A stretch of 64,000 nt of DNA. It comes from Malacoraja senta (lineage: Eukaryota). Position numbers and translations under genes: made by a program. Positions 49,109 through 62,149 of this stretch are shown here, piece after piece. Under the pieces are notes generated by a model. That model saw only the letters and a list, made by a program, of their open reading frames with translations, did not search any database and had not been told where the DNA came from. Within the stretch, counting starts at the first letter, position 1. Every line of letters begins with the position of its first letter. Location: assembly GCA_038087875.1 (NCBI GenBank), contig CM075996.1:7690001-7754000 (forward strand), given 5' to 3'.

Positions 49109-50627
49109 AAATATGGGGTGGGAGATTTCAACCTTCACATGGTCCACCCTGTTTCTACTAATGCAATCAACCCGACGTGCACAAACAAATAGATCAAATA
49201 GAACAAGTTGACCTACAACTTTAGGATGTGCACGCCATACGCAAGAAGAAGTTAGAATATGCAGCTTTACTGGAGGAAGAGGCAAGAAAAGTAACAAAAA
49301 TATACACTGATTATTGATAGACACAGTGTTATAACCATATCAAACAGGAAGTTAATATTTACAATACTATGATTTTCTGCCAATTTATATTTTAATTTCT
49401 ATTCACTAGATCCCACAAGAATTTGTCCTGATTGGGGGAAGGGAATTGAGTGGTGTGGTTTGTTAGGGCATTGCTGTTTCAGGCTTTGGGAATGCATTCC
49501 AGACAGTTGGAAGACCCAAAATGCCTGTGTATTTCTGTTCAGTGATATGATGTTTAAACATTCCTGGTCCTGCCCCCTCTCCCAGTGGATTGAAAACCAC
49601 ATCACAAAACAGTCCGCCCCCACAATTCCCAACTCATATTTTTTTCTGAAATTGTTGGTATGCTATGTTAAATAGAGCCAACTTTTTTCTCCGTTTAACA
49701 TTTGACAAGATGCCTATTATTGATAGCATATCCCTTTCACAGGGACCCACTAAAAACTCATTTATTGTCTGTATTACTGAAACATACAGTGCAGAGGTTC
49801 TACGGTGTGACTCACATGCCTTTGGCAAGTTTGCATATCTCAGCAAAGTATGGCAGCAAAAATTACCACAACTAACCTCAATGCCTTTGAACAAATGAAG
49901 GTAAAATCAGGTTGGATTCCTCGCCTTCTATCCCTTAATCACTCTCATGAAGTTTCCCAGACAGTGGCTAAATATGAACTTTCATCAGCAGGGTAGGACT
50001 TAATTGAGATGTTTACTACAGTCAAATAACTTTGCAACACGCCTAGTTCAAAACATACAAACTCAAACTTGAAATATGTGTGCTCAGAAATATCCTGTGT
50101 AGCCATGTCTAACATGAGTCAGCATGTACAAGTGAGGGGGAGGTAAAAAGGTTAAGAGATATGCATGTAATGTGGCAACAGTTATTATCAACATCCATCG
50201 CATAGATTCCAGATTCTTGCCAAATATTATAAATTGAGCAGCCTCTTCAGAAAACACATTTACATGCATGCAATACCATCAATTACAGTATTAGTCTAAA
50301 TGAACAGGACTACCAACACTACCTACCTGTCAGCAAAACTCTCACTAAAATGCTACGTGATCTTGATTGTAATTTAGCACAATTTTGCACTGAGATGGTA
50401 AATTATAAATGACTCAAACATGTAGCTAATCATCTGCAAACTGTTTTTGTGGCTTGGTTTACAGGAAGAAAACAATTCAGCCACAGCTGACAGTTATTCA
50501 AATTATCACAATCCATTTTCAAATTATCACAATCCATTTCCAAATTATTATTTTTTTTCTAATGTCTGTGATGTAGTAACCAACTGCTTAAAATTGCCCA
50601 ATTGCTAACCTTTATACTGTATGTTAA

Positions 50628-50830
50628 CTGGGCCTCGGTTAATAGAAGTTCTAATTCAGTGTCAGAAAGTTGAAGGTTCAAGCCTCAATCCAGAAATCTG
50701 AACACAAAAATGTAAATTGCAACTCCAATCCAACACTGAAAGAGTGCCGCACTGTCAGAGAAACTACTTTTCATATGAGATGGTAAACCAAGACACTGGC
50801 TTCTTTCTCAACTGGATGTTAACATTTCCA
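50628..50830 (+). mobile_element. Ancient Deu-domain-like SINE, 5' part, diverged
   Basis: tRNA-like head (ggttcaagcc) followed by gcactgtcagag...tttcatatgagatggtaaacc...tggatgttaa, resembling the DeuSINE consensus from memory. A 3'-like part lies at ~52195-52340. Confidence 0.5.
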
Positions 50831-51537
50831 GATCAGAAAAACTGCATTGTTTAGCACCATGTTTTTATGTGCCAGATTAATCAATGTGCACAGCCTGTGA
50901 CAATAGATCCAGGTTCTCCCTTTGTGTGATATACTCCATGGAGAACTCCAGGCAAGGAGTGCATGGAGAACTCCAGGGAAGCTCATAGTTATCTTAAGTG
51001 TACAACGTGTGGCTGCATGTCCCTTTTATAACTTTCCAATCTGGATTTGTGGCCTGCACTATTCAAGGGCCACTAAGGCCAAATCACAATGCATGTGATG
51101 CATGCTTCTGCATACTATAAAGAGGCCTTGCTGAACAGGTCCCACAATAGCACTGGGATTACATCTCAGAATGGTCCCATTCAGGCTAAGTACTCTCCTG
51201 GTTCTTCTTTGAACTCCCCAAACCTCAGAGTCCTCAAGCTCACAATACTTGAGTATTCCTCGAAACCATCCCCTGCTTATCATGGCAGACTGTCAAAGTC
51301 ATTTGGGAGAACGCCTCATCACCAGAACTCACCAACATGCACCAAGACCTCAGTGGCTGGCACTGAGAGAGGTGCTCCCCATCAGACCATCCTGCACATT
51401 GCAGCCATCTTGAGGGCAGTGTGTGCACAATGTATATGACACGATCATATCGATATGACACGACAGTGGCAATGGTGCTTTGTAAACAGAATGTATTGAT
51501 GACACCACGAATGTAAAGGAAATCCTGTAATGTTTAT

Positions 51538-51723
51538 GTTTAAGAAGGAACTGCAGATGCTGGAAAATCGAAGGTAGACAAAAATGCTGGAGAAACTCAG
51601 CGGGTGAGGCAGCATCTATGGAACGAAGGAAATAGGCAATGTTTCGGGTCAAATCCCTTCTTCTGTCTGCCATGATAAGCAGGGGCTGCCTCACCTGCTG
51701 AGTTTCTCCAGCACTTTTGTCTA
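51538..51723. mobile_element. Short partly foldback PLE-derived insertion
   Basis: gtttaagaaggaactgcag terminus, inverted 3' arm; TSD cctgtaatgtttat / cctgtattgtttat. Confidence 0.8.
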
Positions 51724-52371
51724 CCTGTATTGTTTATATTGTATTTCCTGTATTTGTTCTGTGAATAAAGTTTATTTTTGAAAGAAAATAAAAATCATGT
51801 TAAACCTATCCATGCCACCCATACTCCTCCATTGTTGATTACCTAATCTTCCTTTCCTGACACCAATCTTCCTTTCCTGACACCAATCTTAATCCCATTG
51901 ATTTTTGGCAGCATACAGTCACCTCCTCTGCTCATCCCCAAACCCTTGCCTTTCCCCAACTCCTGGACTTCTCTCATACTTGACTTCTTTGAACCTGTCC
52001 TCAGCTTTTCCAATCTAGAATTTACCAGATTATCTTGTGCGCACGGAAGGTCTTGAAAATGTAAAACTAATTTTGTTGCCTACACTTTGATCGACTGAAT
52101 TTTCCAGAGGCATGCCACTCAGACAAAATAATCTTTATCCTTTCATAAACTGACAGAGTGAATTGCCTTTAGAAAAGCTGAACAGTTTCAAACACCCTGG
52201 GCACTACTTGAAGAAGACGGTGCCCAGGCCAATATTGTGGGAGCTGGGAGAATGTTTTCCACATCTCCCACATTACAATGGTGATTATACTTCAAAAGTA
52301 CAGTCATTCATTGAGTTATGGAAAAGGATATTTCCTGAGAAATGTTTCGTAAGCCAAAACTTTAGAGATGA

Positions 52372-53594
52372 CTAGACCAAGTGCAGACCCGTTGGCTCTG
52401 CTCCCCCAATGCAAGGTTCCACCACTCACCCGTTCCCCCAACACAATATTGCACCACTCACGCATAGCCCCCAACTGCGCAGGCGCGCCTCGTTTCTCCT
52501 CATCCCCCAGCACTCCCTCCTCCTCCTCTTCACCCTCCCTCTTCAATCCCTAGAGAGGGAGGGGGGTAGAGAGGGAGGGGTGGTAGAGAGGGAGGGGGGG
52601 GGTAGAGAGGGAGGGGGCAAAGAGGGAGGGGAAGAGGGAGGGGGATGGGGTAGAGAGAGAGATGGAGGGGGGTAGAGAGGGAGATGGAGGGGGGTAGAGA
52701 GGGAGATGGAGGGGGGTAGAGAGGGAAGGGGAGAGGGAGGGGGTAGAGAGGGTGGGGCGTAGAGAGGGAGGGGGTAGAGAGGGTGGGGGGTAGAGAGGGA
52801 GGGGGTAGAGAGGGTGGGAATAAGGGTGGATAGCGAGGGGGCATCTCCCTCCTCCACATCTCCCTCCTCCACCTCCCCACCCCATCTCCCTCTACCACCC
52901 CACTCCGCACCCCATCTCCCTCCTCCTCATTTCCCTCATCCTCCTCCCATTCCCTGCCCCAGGATCTACCCAGGTAGTAGAGCAGCACCAGGGCCTGGAA
53001 GTCGGCCTGGTTCTCGTACTCGGCCCGGCCCTGGCTGTAGACTCCAGCCATCAGCTCGGCCGCCGCCTGGGCTATAGTGCAGGCTACGACTTAATCTCCG
53101 GGCTCGTCCCTGACCACGGACCCAGGCTCGTCCTTGGTTCCAGCGACTGCTTCTTTTTTGTCGGCCCCGGTCACGGCCTCATCCCAAGCCCCGGGCTCGG
53201 CCCTCACTCCAGCTCCAGCACCACCCTCGGCATCGGCAGCGGCCGCCACTCCTCGTTCACCGCAAGGACTGGAGTGCCCCTCCCTCCCGGAGTGTCCCGA
53301 CCTGCCTTGCGAGTGCATTGTGACGTCACTGGTTGTTTTTTTTTCCGAAATGGGTGATTCTTTTGCTGTTTTTAAAACTTTAAACGATTAAAAAGTTTGG
53401 AAATACAGGTGAGAATGCGACAGGAAGATGTTTATCACCTCGACGGAAAAAATGTGAGAATGTGTGAAAATGGGAAGGCTGTGGCCTAACGTTTGGAAGA
53501 AAATAGGAATTAACCAGATTGTGCCCAGATGACACACAAACACACACACACATATACATACACACAAACAAGAGAAGAGTTTTAGTAATATAGA
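52372..53594 (-). mobile_element. Non-autonomous Helitron, related to 22588-23579
   Basis: On minus: A|TCTATATTACTAAAA 5' end, hairpin gcagagcc-aac-gggtctgc and CTAG|T 3' end. The ~150 bp near the 3' end is homologous to 23370-23520. Internal purine-rich minisatellite at 52550-52820. Confidence 0.85.
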
Positions 53595-54516
53595 TAAAGG
53601 CTGGGCAAATTGCATTATGGAATTCTTGGGCATGGAATGTGGCATACCATTCTGCATGTTATAAAAGCTTCATATAGCAAAGACACATAATACAAATAAT
53701 CCTTGACATTAGATGGTAAGTTTATTAATTAAACATTCATAAATGGTGAAATTACTGGCTTTTTCCATTAAACATTTTGGGACTTTCTGAAAGGGATGGT
53801 AAAGGCACCAAATAATCGCACAATTGTTTTTCTCTTTTATTTTCAAATTTCCACGTGGATAATACGCATTCAATGGAGGAAAGTGAGCCCCTTCCTCGAC
53901 TCAGATAACACAGAAACATTTCTGCAGTCAGAATCACAAGATGACACCAGAATGTGTGATTGATGAAACAGGCGTTGATGAGCTCTGATTGTGATTGTGT
54001 CGATGTGCTAGGCCCAGAAATGATCTTCAGAGATATGCAAGCCAAGGAACTTGAATCTGTTTACACTCGCCATTGTTGTCCCATTGATGAAGACAGGTTT
54101 TGTGAATCCCCGGCTTTTCCTTGCCGAAATCCACAATGAGTTTCTTGGCCTTGTAAGATTGTAGTTCGGGACATTGCGTGAAAACGTTGCTTGTCCAAGG
54201 CCAACAGCATTATAAAAGACCCCACACATCTCCATCATGGACTGTTCACTCTGCTGCCCTCGGGCAAAAGGTATCGCAGTATAAGGAGCAGAGCGGCCAG
54301 GTTTTGCAACAGCTTCTTCCCCCGAGCCATCAGACTCTTGAATTCCATATAATGTGCTGCCACTATTATCTATTTTATCTATTTTATCTTTTTTATCTAT
54401 TTTATCTTTTTATCCATTTTATCCCTTTGTTGTTTTATGTTGCACTGTGAGCCAGATACAACAAAATTTCGTTCAGACTTGCATTTGTTGGTGTATTTTT
54501 GAATGACAATAAAATC

Positions 54517-54517
<1 letters not shown>

Positions 54518-54566
<49 letters not shown>
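54518..54566. repeat. (ATTG)n microsatellite, probably a retroposon tail
   Basis: About 12 consecutive attg units following caataaaatct. Confidence 0.9.
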
Positions 54567-54567
<1 letters not shown>

Positions 54568-55189
54568 CTGGCACCATTCAATCAGATTTTCAATCTCCCT
54601 CCTGTACTCATTGTTGCCCATTATTTTGGTTGGCGTTGGGTTGTGTCTGGCTCCACAGTCATGGCTATAGAGTATGTGGAGCACAGCCTTGAGGTGTACC
54701 TATTAAAGCCAAGAACACTTTTGAACACAAGAAAAACAACAAAGTGCTGGAGGATGTTAGTTAGTCAGGCAACTTGTGTGGAGGGAAATAGACATCGAAG
54801 CCTCGGATTGGGATTCCTCTTCAAATCGATCAAACCCTATATGGATAAGATAGACACAAAAAGCTGGAGTAACTCAGTGGGACAGGCAGCATCTCTGGAG
54901 AGGAGGAATGGGTGACATTTCGGGTCGAGACGCTTCTTCAGACTGGTTACAGATAAGGGAAACGAGAGATATAGACGTTGATGTGGAGAGGCAATGAGTG
55001 AAAGATATGCAAAAAAAGTAACTATGTTAAAGGAAACAGGCCATTGTAAGCTGTTTGTAGGGTGAAATGATGAATGAATGAATGAATGAATAAGTTTATT
55101 GGCCAAGTATTCACATACAAGGAATTTGCCTTGGTGCTCCGCCCGCAAGTGACAACATGACATACAGTGACAATTAAGAATGATAATTT

Positions 55190-56172
55190 TAAAAAACTCA
55201 ATGTCAGAACAACTCTTAAAAGTATGTGCATAGCAATCTGTGGGGTGAATTTGTGGAATGGTTTGGAACAGGAGATAAAACTTAGCACAAACATAATTCA
55301 GTTTAAAAAGATGTACAAAAAACACTGTTTTAAAAGGATATTGGGATGAGGATAGGAGATTTTGAGTGGGATATTTGTTATACTGATTGTATTGGGAAGG
55401 GTGATTATAGGGTGATGGGTTGGATATATGACTAAGAGATGCTGTATAGTACATGAGGGGTTTTTCTTTTTTTTCTTCTTCTCTCTTTTTTTTGTATGGC
55501 TTTGCAAATATTTGACTAGTGTATAAATGTAAATAATTTGGAGTTGGTATGTCCCATTTGCGTGATGCTTACAAAAAAAAATCTGTTTTTCTCTTTTCCC
55601 TCTTTCTCTTTTTTCTTCTTGTTTAGGGTCTATTTCTTAACTCTTTCCTTTTGTGTTTAATTTCTTTCTTATAGGGTCTTTGTCTTTTGTCTTTGTTTTT
55701 TTGTTGTCACGTTTTTTACACCTTCACTTTTTTCCTTCACTTTCTTCTTTCTCTCAATCTTATCCTTTCCCTTTATTAGTGTAGAAAATAAATGGAGTAC
55801 ATTAATTGTAATAAGATATATGTGATGAGTACTAGTGTAATTGGTTGTAATGTAATGTACTTCTAATAAATAAAATAAAAATAAAAAATAAAAAAAAATA
55901 AAAAATGTAAATAATTTGGTGTACATATGGAAATAGGTGTTTATAGCTGCTAAATTTGTATAAGAAAATTATAAGCAGTTGAATAAGGGGTGGGAATTAA
56001 TAAGCCTTGGCTTCTTCCTGCTCCTTTTCGGACACATACGATTCATTTATTTATAAATATTGTTTATGACACTTTATAAATATTCTTGTTTTGTTTTTTT
56101 ATTTGCTGTTTCATACTTGCTTTTTATTTTTTTATTCTGTTCGAAATAAAGAATGAAATAAATAAATACATA
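55190..56172 (+). mobile_element. Crack/Daphne-like LINE 3' fragment with a nested A-tailed insertion (55542-55902)
   Basis: RTTLKSMCIAICGVNLWNGL..IK....IQFKKMYK C-terminus; nested insert flanked by the 17-bp TSD aaatgtaaataatttgg (55525-55541, 55903-55919). Confidence 0.65.
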
Positions 56173-57128
56173 AAAATCTGTTGCTCGCTTCGGATTCGCG
56201 TGGTCCCTGCGCATGGGTGACACGCAATTGCGTGAAGTGTTCCATATTTTGCGGTGCTGGCTCGAAGGGCCGAATGGCCTACTCCTGCACCTATTGTCTA
56301 TTAAACATTATGCATATGCATAACCTTTGATTCTTCTCATTTATCTACTTACCAAAAGCATCTTTACTTATATTAAGTAGTGGTCTCAGTGGTTTGGAAA
56401 ATGAAGACAATAGTAACTCGTGGCGAGAAGCCAGCAAGTTAACACCACCAAAGTCAGAAATACATAGCGATACAGCTCAGAAACAAGAGCTTTGGCCCAC
56501 CACAAACTAACAAAGAGATTTGTCTTCAGAAAAGCGGTACAATTTCTAGACACCCTGAGCGCTAGTTTTAAGAGCTGAGGTCCCACTATCTTGGTCAATA
56601 GTGTAGGAGATGGTGGTGTATAAATTGCTTTCCTAATTTCCCATATTATGATTGTGATTACACTTCAAAAGCCCACACTAGCCTTCATACCTACTTATCC
56701 TACACTAATCAAATTTTATTCTCCACACATTCCCCTCAACCTCACCCCAGATACTACCATTCACCTACACATTAGGGACAATCTACAATTGCCAATTAGC
56801 CTGTGTTCTCCCGACGCCGGAGCTCCATCATCCGGCGAGAGGGCCTGTAACATCGGGCCGCCGCTGCGGCGACTGCGGAGGCTTCAAATAGGCCCCGACC
56901 TCGGGTAAACACAGAGGAAGAGGACTGGACCTTTTAGTGGCTTCCCTCTCAGTGGAAAATGCTGATTCTGCTGTGGGGGGGAGTTCATGTTAAATTCTAT
57001 AGTGTGGTGTGTCTTTGCTCTTTTTTATTTTATACGGATGTATGGAAACCTAATTTCTTTTGTGTAAAGCACTTTGGTTTCAACCCGAGTTGATTTAAAT
57101 GTGCTATATAAATAAAATGTACTTACTT

Positions 57129-57448
57129 AAACCCCTGTCCCACGGTACGAGTTCATTCCAAGAGTTCTCCCAAGATTGCCCTGATTCGAACTAGGAGATT
57201 TACGGTAATGGCCGCTCGTCGGTACTCGGGTCTCTCGTGGACATTTTTCATCATGTTGAAAAATCTTCACGAGTCTTCCGGTGCTTACCTGCCGTTAGCG
57301 AGTCTTCTCGAGTACCTGCCGTTAGCGCCAAGAGACGTCCCCGAGCTCCGACGTACCCGCTACGTTCATTCTCCGTGCTTACCACGTGTTTGATTTTTTT
57401 AAACTCGGGAGAGCTCTTGGAATGAACTCGTACCATGGGACAGGGCTA
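57129..57448. mobile_element. MITE with ~33-bp TIRs (cctgtcccac-type termini)
   Basis: ccctgtcccacggtacgagttcattccaagag ... ctcttggaatgaactcgtaccatgggacaggg; internal repeats of acctgccgttagcg. Confidence 0.82.
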
Positions 57449-57954
57449 TTAATTACCAGCTTACATGTTTGCATTGTGTGAAGAAACCAGAAACCATAAG
57501 GAAATCTCTCCTGTCACTGGGAAAATGTGCAAATTCCACACAGACAGCACCCAAGGTCAGAACTGAACTTGAGCCATTAGAGCTTCACTAGCTGCACTTG
57601 AGTTATCGTCGGAAGACCAACAAATGTAAATTGCCCTGATTTGAATGTTAGCTGCTCAGCCAGTTCAGATACTACCTCAGTGGCAGGGTGGTGTGTCGAG
57701 ACATCAGTCACTGGCACCATGGGTAGGCAGCAAAACAAATTCAGGGCTGAAATGCCACAAGGGTCTTGCAGCACTAAGGGTTGGGGTGGTGTGAAGGAAT
57801 TGAATGGGAGACCAGATTAATATTCCATGAGCAGGTGTAATTTCTTATTCCTCCAAGCTCACTAAGGAAAGGTTGCTCATACATTCAAATAGCTTCAGAT
57901 GGCTTTCATTGTTGCTGGATTAACAAAGGCAGTCATGTGAGTGGATGCTCTGCA

Positions 57955-58840
57955 ATTGTGTGCTGCATCAGTGAGGGAAGGGAAGTTGAATACAAGGTGT
58001 TGAGTGGTGTCGGCTGAGTCACCTGCAGCTCAACACTGACAAGACTAAGGAGTTATTGATGGACTTTAGGAGGAGAGGACCACCCCTGCCCCCTGTCGCC
58101 TGTCTCCATCAAGGGTGTGGATGTGCACTTTACCAAGGAGTACAAGTACCTTGGAGTTTACTTGGACAGTAAACTGGACTGGTCCAGGAACGCTGAGGCC
58201 CTATAAGAAGGGACAGAGCCAGCTGTACTTTTTGAGAAGTCTCTGCTCCTTCAACATCTGCAGTAAGATGCTGCAGATGTTCTATCAATTGGCGGTGGCC
58301 AGTCCCATCTTCTTCCCTGTTGTGTGCTGGGGTAGCAGGGCGAAGGCTGCGGACGCCAACAGAATGTTGTGTGCTGGGGTAGCAGGGCGAAGGCTGCGGA
58401 CGCCAACAGAATGAACAAACTCATCAGGAAGGCTGGCTCCGTCCTGGGGGTGGAGTTGGATTCACTGGGGGTGGTCTTGGAGGGGAGGATGCTCCTCAAA
58501 CAGCGGAACATCTTGGAGGATACAGCTCACCCTCACCATGACACACTGGTCAACCTGAGGAGCACTTTCAGCAACAGACTGGTTCCACCAAGATGCAGCA
58601 CAGAACGCCACAGGAGATCCATTTTCCCTGTGGCTATCAAACTGTACAACTCCTCCCCCTTCTGTCGTGGGGTAGACTGACTCCTCCACCCCCCCCCCCT
58701 CTCCACCTCGACAATCTTTGTACATCCCCAATCCCGAACTTTCCACTCGTCAATTTAATTTCATGTATCTTGTTGTGTTTTATGACTGTTGGCAGACCAA
58801 TTTCCCTCCTGGGATAAAGAAAGTTCCATCGTATCGTATC
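57955..58840 (+). mobile_element. Rex1/Babar-like LINE 3' fragment with an internal 47-bp tandem duplication
   Basis: EYKYLGVYLDSKLDWS, KKGQSQLYFLRSL..FNICSKMLQMFYQ; (atcgt)n tail; duplication at 58318-58364 / 58365-58411. Confidence 0.8.
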
Positions 58841-60020
58841 ATTGCTCAGGAAATACTTGGGGGTTCTCATGTATATTGTGGGAGCATGAGTTACATTTAT
58901 GAATGGGGTTTCACTTACACCCAGGATCAACATAATTTAAATGGTGGTTATAGAGTAAGAAAAATAGATAATTCTTTTAATTGTTTTAGTTAACATGAGC
59001 ACTAAGGACAGGGCAAAAGCATTCATGTTTAACTTCATCCAGAAGTGTTAAGTGGAAGATCCAACTCCCTTTCTTCCTGAAATTTCCATCATCAAAAAAG
59101 CCAGTCTTCAGTCAATTTGATTCACACTGCTTGATAGTAAGAAATGGCTGAGCAAACAATTGTGGAAAGAGAAAATCGTGGTTGTAGTACTGAAGATCTA
59201 TACTCAGCTATGTCCTTATCCATACAGGGGCAAAACAAAAAACTGAATTCCAGAGGTTAAAAAGAGTATTAGAACGAGCATGGCATATAGTAACCCTCTT
59301 GAAATTGAGGTCAATGGATATCAAAGGGAAATAGCTCTAATTGTTGAAGTCATATTTTATACAAACAGAGACGAATGTTGTTGTTGACAGTCAATCAGCC
59401 TTGCCCCTGGACGTCACCGCGGGAGTTACTCATGGTCTTTGGCATAATCATATTCAATTCCTTCATCAGTTAATTTTGTTCCATCATAAGGGCCAAATGA
59501 CCTCTTCCTGCTCCTATTTTTAATAAGTGGGGATATTTGTTGATGATTGCATTGATTAGTGTTAGTTTCTAGCAAACTAAACATTTTATGCTCACATGAA
59601 CCAAGGCCCAGAAAACATTCATGCAAGGGCTGATAAGTGGTAACATTCACATGATGCAATGATCATCTCCAACAAGTGAGAGTCTAACCAATTACACAAT
59701 ATTCAATCACATTACCATCATCAAGGCATCAATATCCTAAATATCACCACACCCATGATGACAAGAGCAGTTCAAATGATGGGTTGCCTCCTAACCCCCT
59801 AAAACTTTCCACCATCTAAAATGCTGGCACCTATCGCAACCCTAAGCATTCATTCACCCCACTGTGATTGTAGCATGTACCAAATCTACCAAATTGACTG
59901 CAGTTATTCACCCAGGTTACCCAGATATCACTTGCAGAACCCATCGTCAAGATGACAAGATATGTAGGAAAGAACTGCAGATGCTGGTTTACACAGAAGA
60001 TAGACGCAGAATGCTGGAGT

Positions 60021-60716
60021 CTTCTTCTTGCGTTTGAGGCAGCAGATGTTATGAAACTCCCTCCAGGCCCTGTAGCCGGTTCAACGTGCTGTTGTCGAGG
60101 GCCGTGAGGTCTAGCCCTCCACCAAGAGGGCGGAGGACAACGCAGTTGAAAATGACGTGCAGCGCTGTTTGCTGGTCTGCTCCACACACGCAGGCTGATG
60201 ATGAACGCAGCCCCCAGCGATGCATGTTGGATTTGAACCGGCCGACCCCTGTATGGAGCCGGTTCAGGGCGACCCACTCTTTGTGGGGCAGGTCCGAGCC
60301 GGGTGGGGCTGTGGTGTTCGGTGCAACAGTGAATTAAGGAGGTCGCAAAATCTGTTCCCAGCTGGTTCTCCATGCTCCTAGTGTGTTGAAACCGGAGCCA
60401 CAGAGGGTCGCTGCGTGACGGGAGAAGGGGCGACGAGATGACAGGCGTTGAGGTCCCAGTTGCTGTGAGTCCTGGGCGAGTTGGTGCAAAGGATGCTTGG
60501 CGTCTGATGGGGCCTTGCACACCAGCCTATGAGTGAAGTACTCTCTGCGAAGCTTGGCGTGTGCGATACCTGCGAGCACCAGCAGAAGATCCGTCGGAGT
60601 AGGGCGTAGGCAGCCGGTGATGATCTGGATGGTGTCGTTGAGGATGGCGTCTAGCTTGCTAGTATGAGCGCTGTGGCACCATGCTGAGGCAGCGTTCTCG
60701 GCGACACTATACAGCG
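60021..60716 (-). mobile_element. 5'-truncated Vingi/Ingi-like LINE inserted into a PLE terminal repeat
   Basis: Minus-strand peptide remnants YSVAENAASAWCHSAHTSKLDAILNDTIQIITGCLRPTPTDLLLVLAGIA and CVCGADQQTALHVIFNC (CCHC-like); (aag)n tail; TSD atgctggagt at 60011-60020 and 60717-60726. Confidence 0.75.
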
Positions 60717-61746
60717 ATGCTGGAGTAACTCAGCAGGACAGGCAGCATTTCTGGAGAGAATTAATGGGTGACATTTCGTGTTGAGACTCTACTTATTTCG
60801 GGTTGAGGCCCTGCTGCTTTAATTTCCCTCCTGTCTATGGACGTGAAATAAGCTATCCTGACCCTACTGCCAAGAGCATCCAGGTAATTAAATCTGAGAC
60901 CCTCTCATCTGGCATCAGCATGTAACATGCCATTATCAACATTGAGCCAACAGAATGATATTCTGTTGTTTGCACTCCTTGCTCTTCTTTCCTTTTAGAA
61001 CTGACCATGGCATTATTTTAGAGGGTTTGAAGATTGATAAAAGGAGGAACCTTCTTCCTACTTTTTAGTATTGTGTGCTGTAAGGTCCCTGAGTACTACA
61101 GAACAATGACAGCATATTACTCCACCAATTCATTGCAGGCCACTAAATCTGATGAATCTGAAACTCAAATGATAAAGGAAATGACTCCAATCCGCCCCCA
61201 TCAACTTCCAAATGAACAAACAATCTGTAATATACATTTAATGTGTTCTTTTAAAAAAGATTCTGAAGGAAGTATGTGAAAAGTTGGTTCCTGTTTCTAT
61301 TTAGTACACATTTCAAATCAGCTGGTATTCCTTAACAAAATGCTTATGCACTCGATAGGATTGAGAAATAGTTTGTCATTAGAGTTTCATGGCAACAAAA
61401 GTTCTAACTCGACTTGTTATAAATGTTGGGTCTGACCACAGTCATGTGTTCAGGAGGATGTGGTTTGCACAGAGCGATGCTCTGCATAAAATGCTACAGG
61501 CAATCGCGTCATTGAATTCATTCTTTCTAAATTTCAGCCTGATAGCCACCGTTCCAAAGCACTCTTTCCATTTTTCCTTTTAAGATATTGTTTTTTTTTG
61601 CCAGCACTTGACATGAATGTCTCACAACACCAAATGGAACTTGCTGGTTTTACTCTAAAGAATGATTGGGACTGGAGGGAGGCATATTTTTCATGTTTCT
61701 CTCACCACCTTTCATGTGAAGGTTGAACAATTTTTTGAGGGACCAA

Positions 61747-62149
61747 CAGAACCGGATTTACCATTAGGCTTCATAGGCTGAAGCCTAGGGCCTCAAAATC
61801 TAGGGGGCCTCCGGCCAAGGTGTATAATATTTTTGACACTGTCATAGGCCTTTCTTACATATGCTGTCACAATGCACTGTAGTCTCTAAACAACCCTTCA
61901 GTAATCTTCCTTGCCCTCCATTTCAGAATAATACTGTTTTAAGCTGATAACTCGACACTAGCACTGGCAATAAATAAATAAATAAATAAATAAGCGCCGC
62001 TTTCCACCCCCTTATCTCTTTGGCCACGCTCAGCTGCAAATCGGTGTCAATCTGGTGGACCATCTTCCTTTAGTCATGGCGGTGGGGGATTGGGAGGGGC
62101 CTCACAAGTGGAACAGCCTAGGGCCTCTCTTCATCTAAATCCGGCACTG
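61747..62149. mobile_element. hAT-like MITE
   Basis: TIRs cagaaccggattta / taaatccggcactg; 8-bp TSD gggaccaa / ggcaccaa; repeated gcctagggcc motifs. Confidence 0.8.

Noticed and set aside
27577..51723. Recurring palindromic repeats as a possible CRISPR-like array
   Set aside because: Dispersed, variable in length, TSD-flanked and linked to GIY-YIG remnants; eukaryotic retroelement relics, not regularly spaced repeats.
52530..53077. Pro-rich and Gly/Glu-rich ORFs
   Set aside because: Translations of a purine/pyrimidine minisatellite inside a Helitron; no splice or domain evidence.
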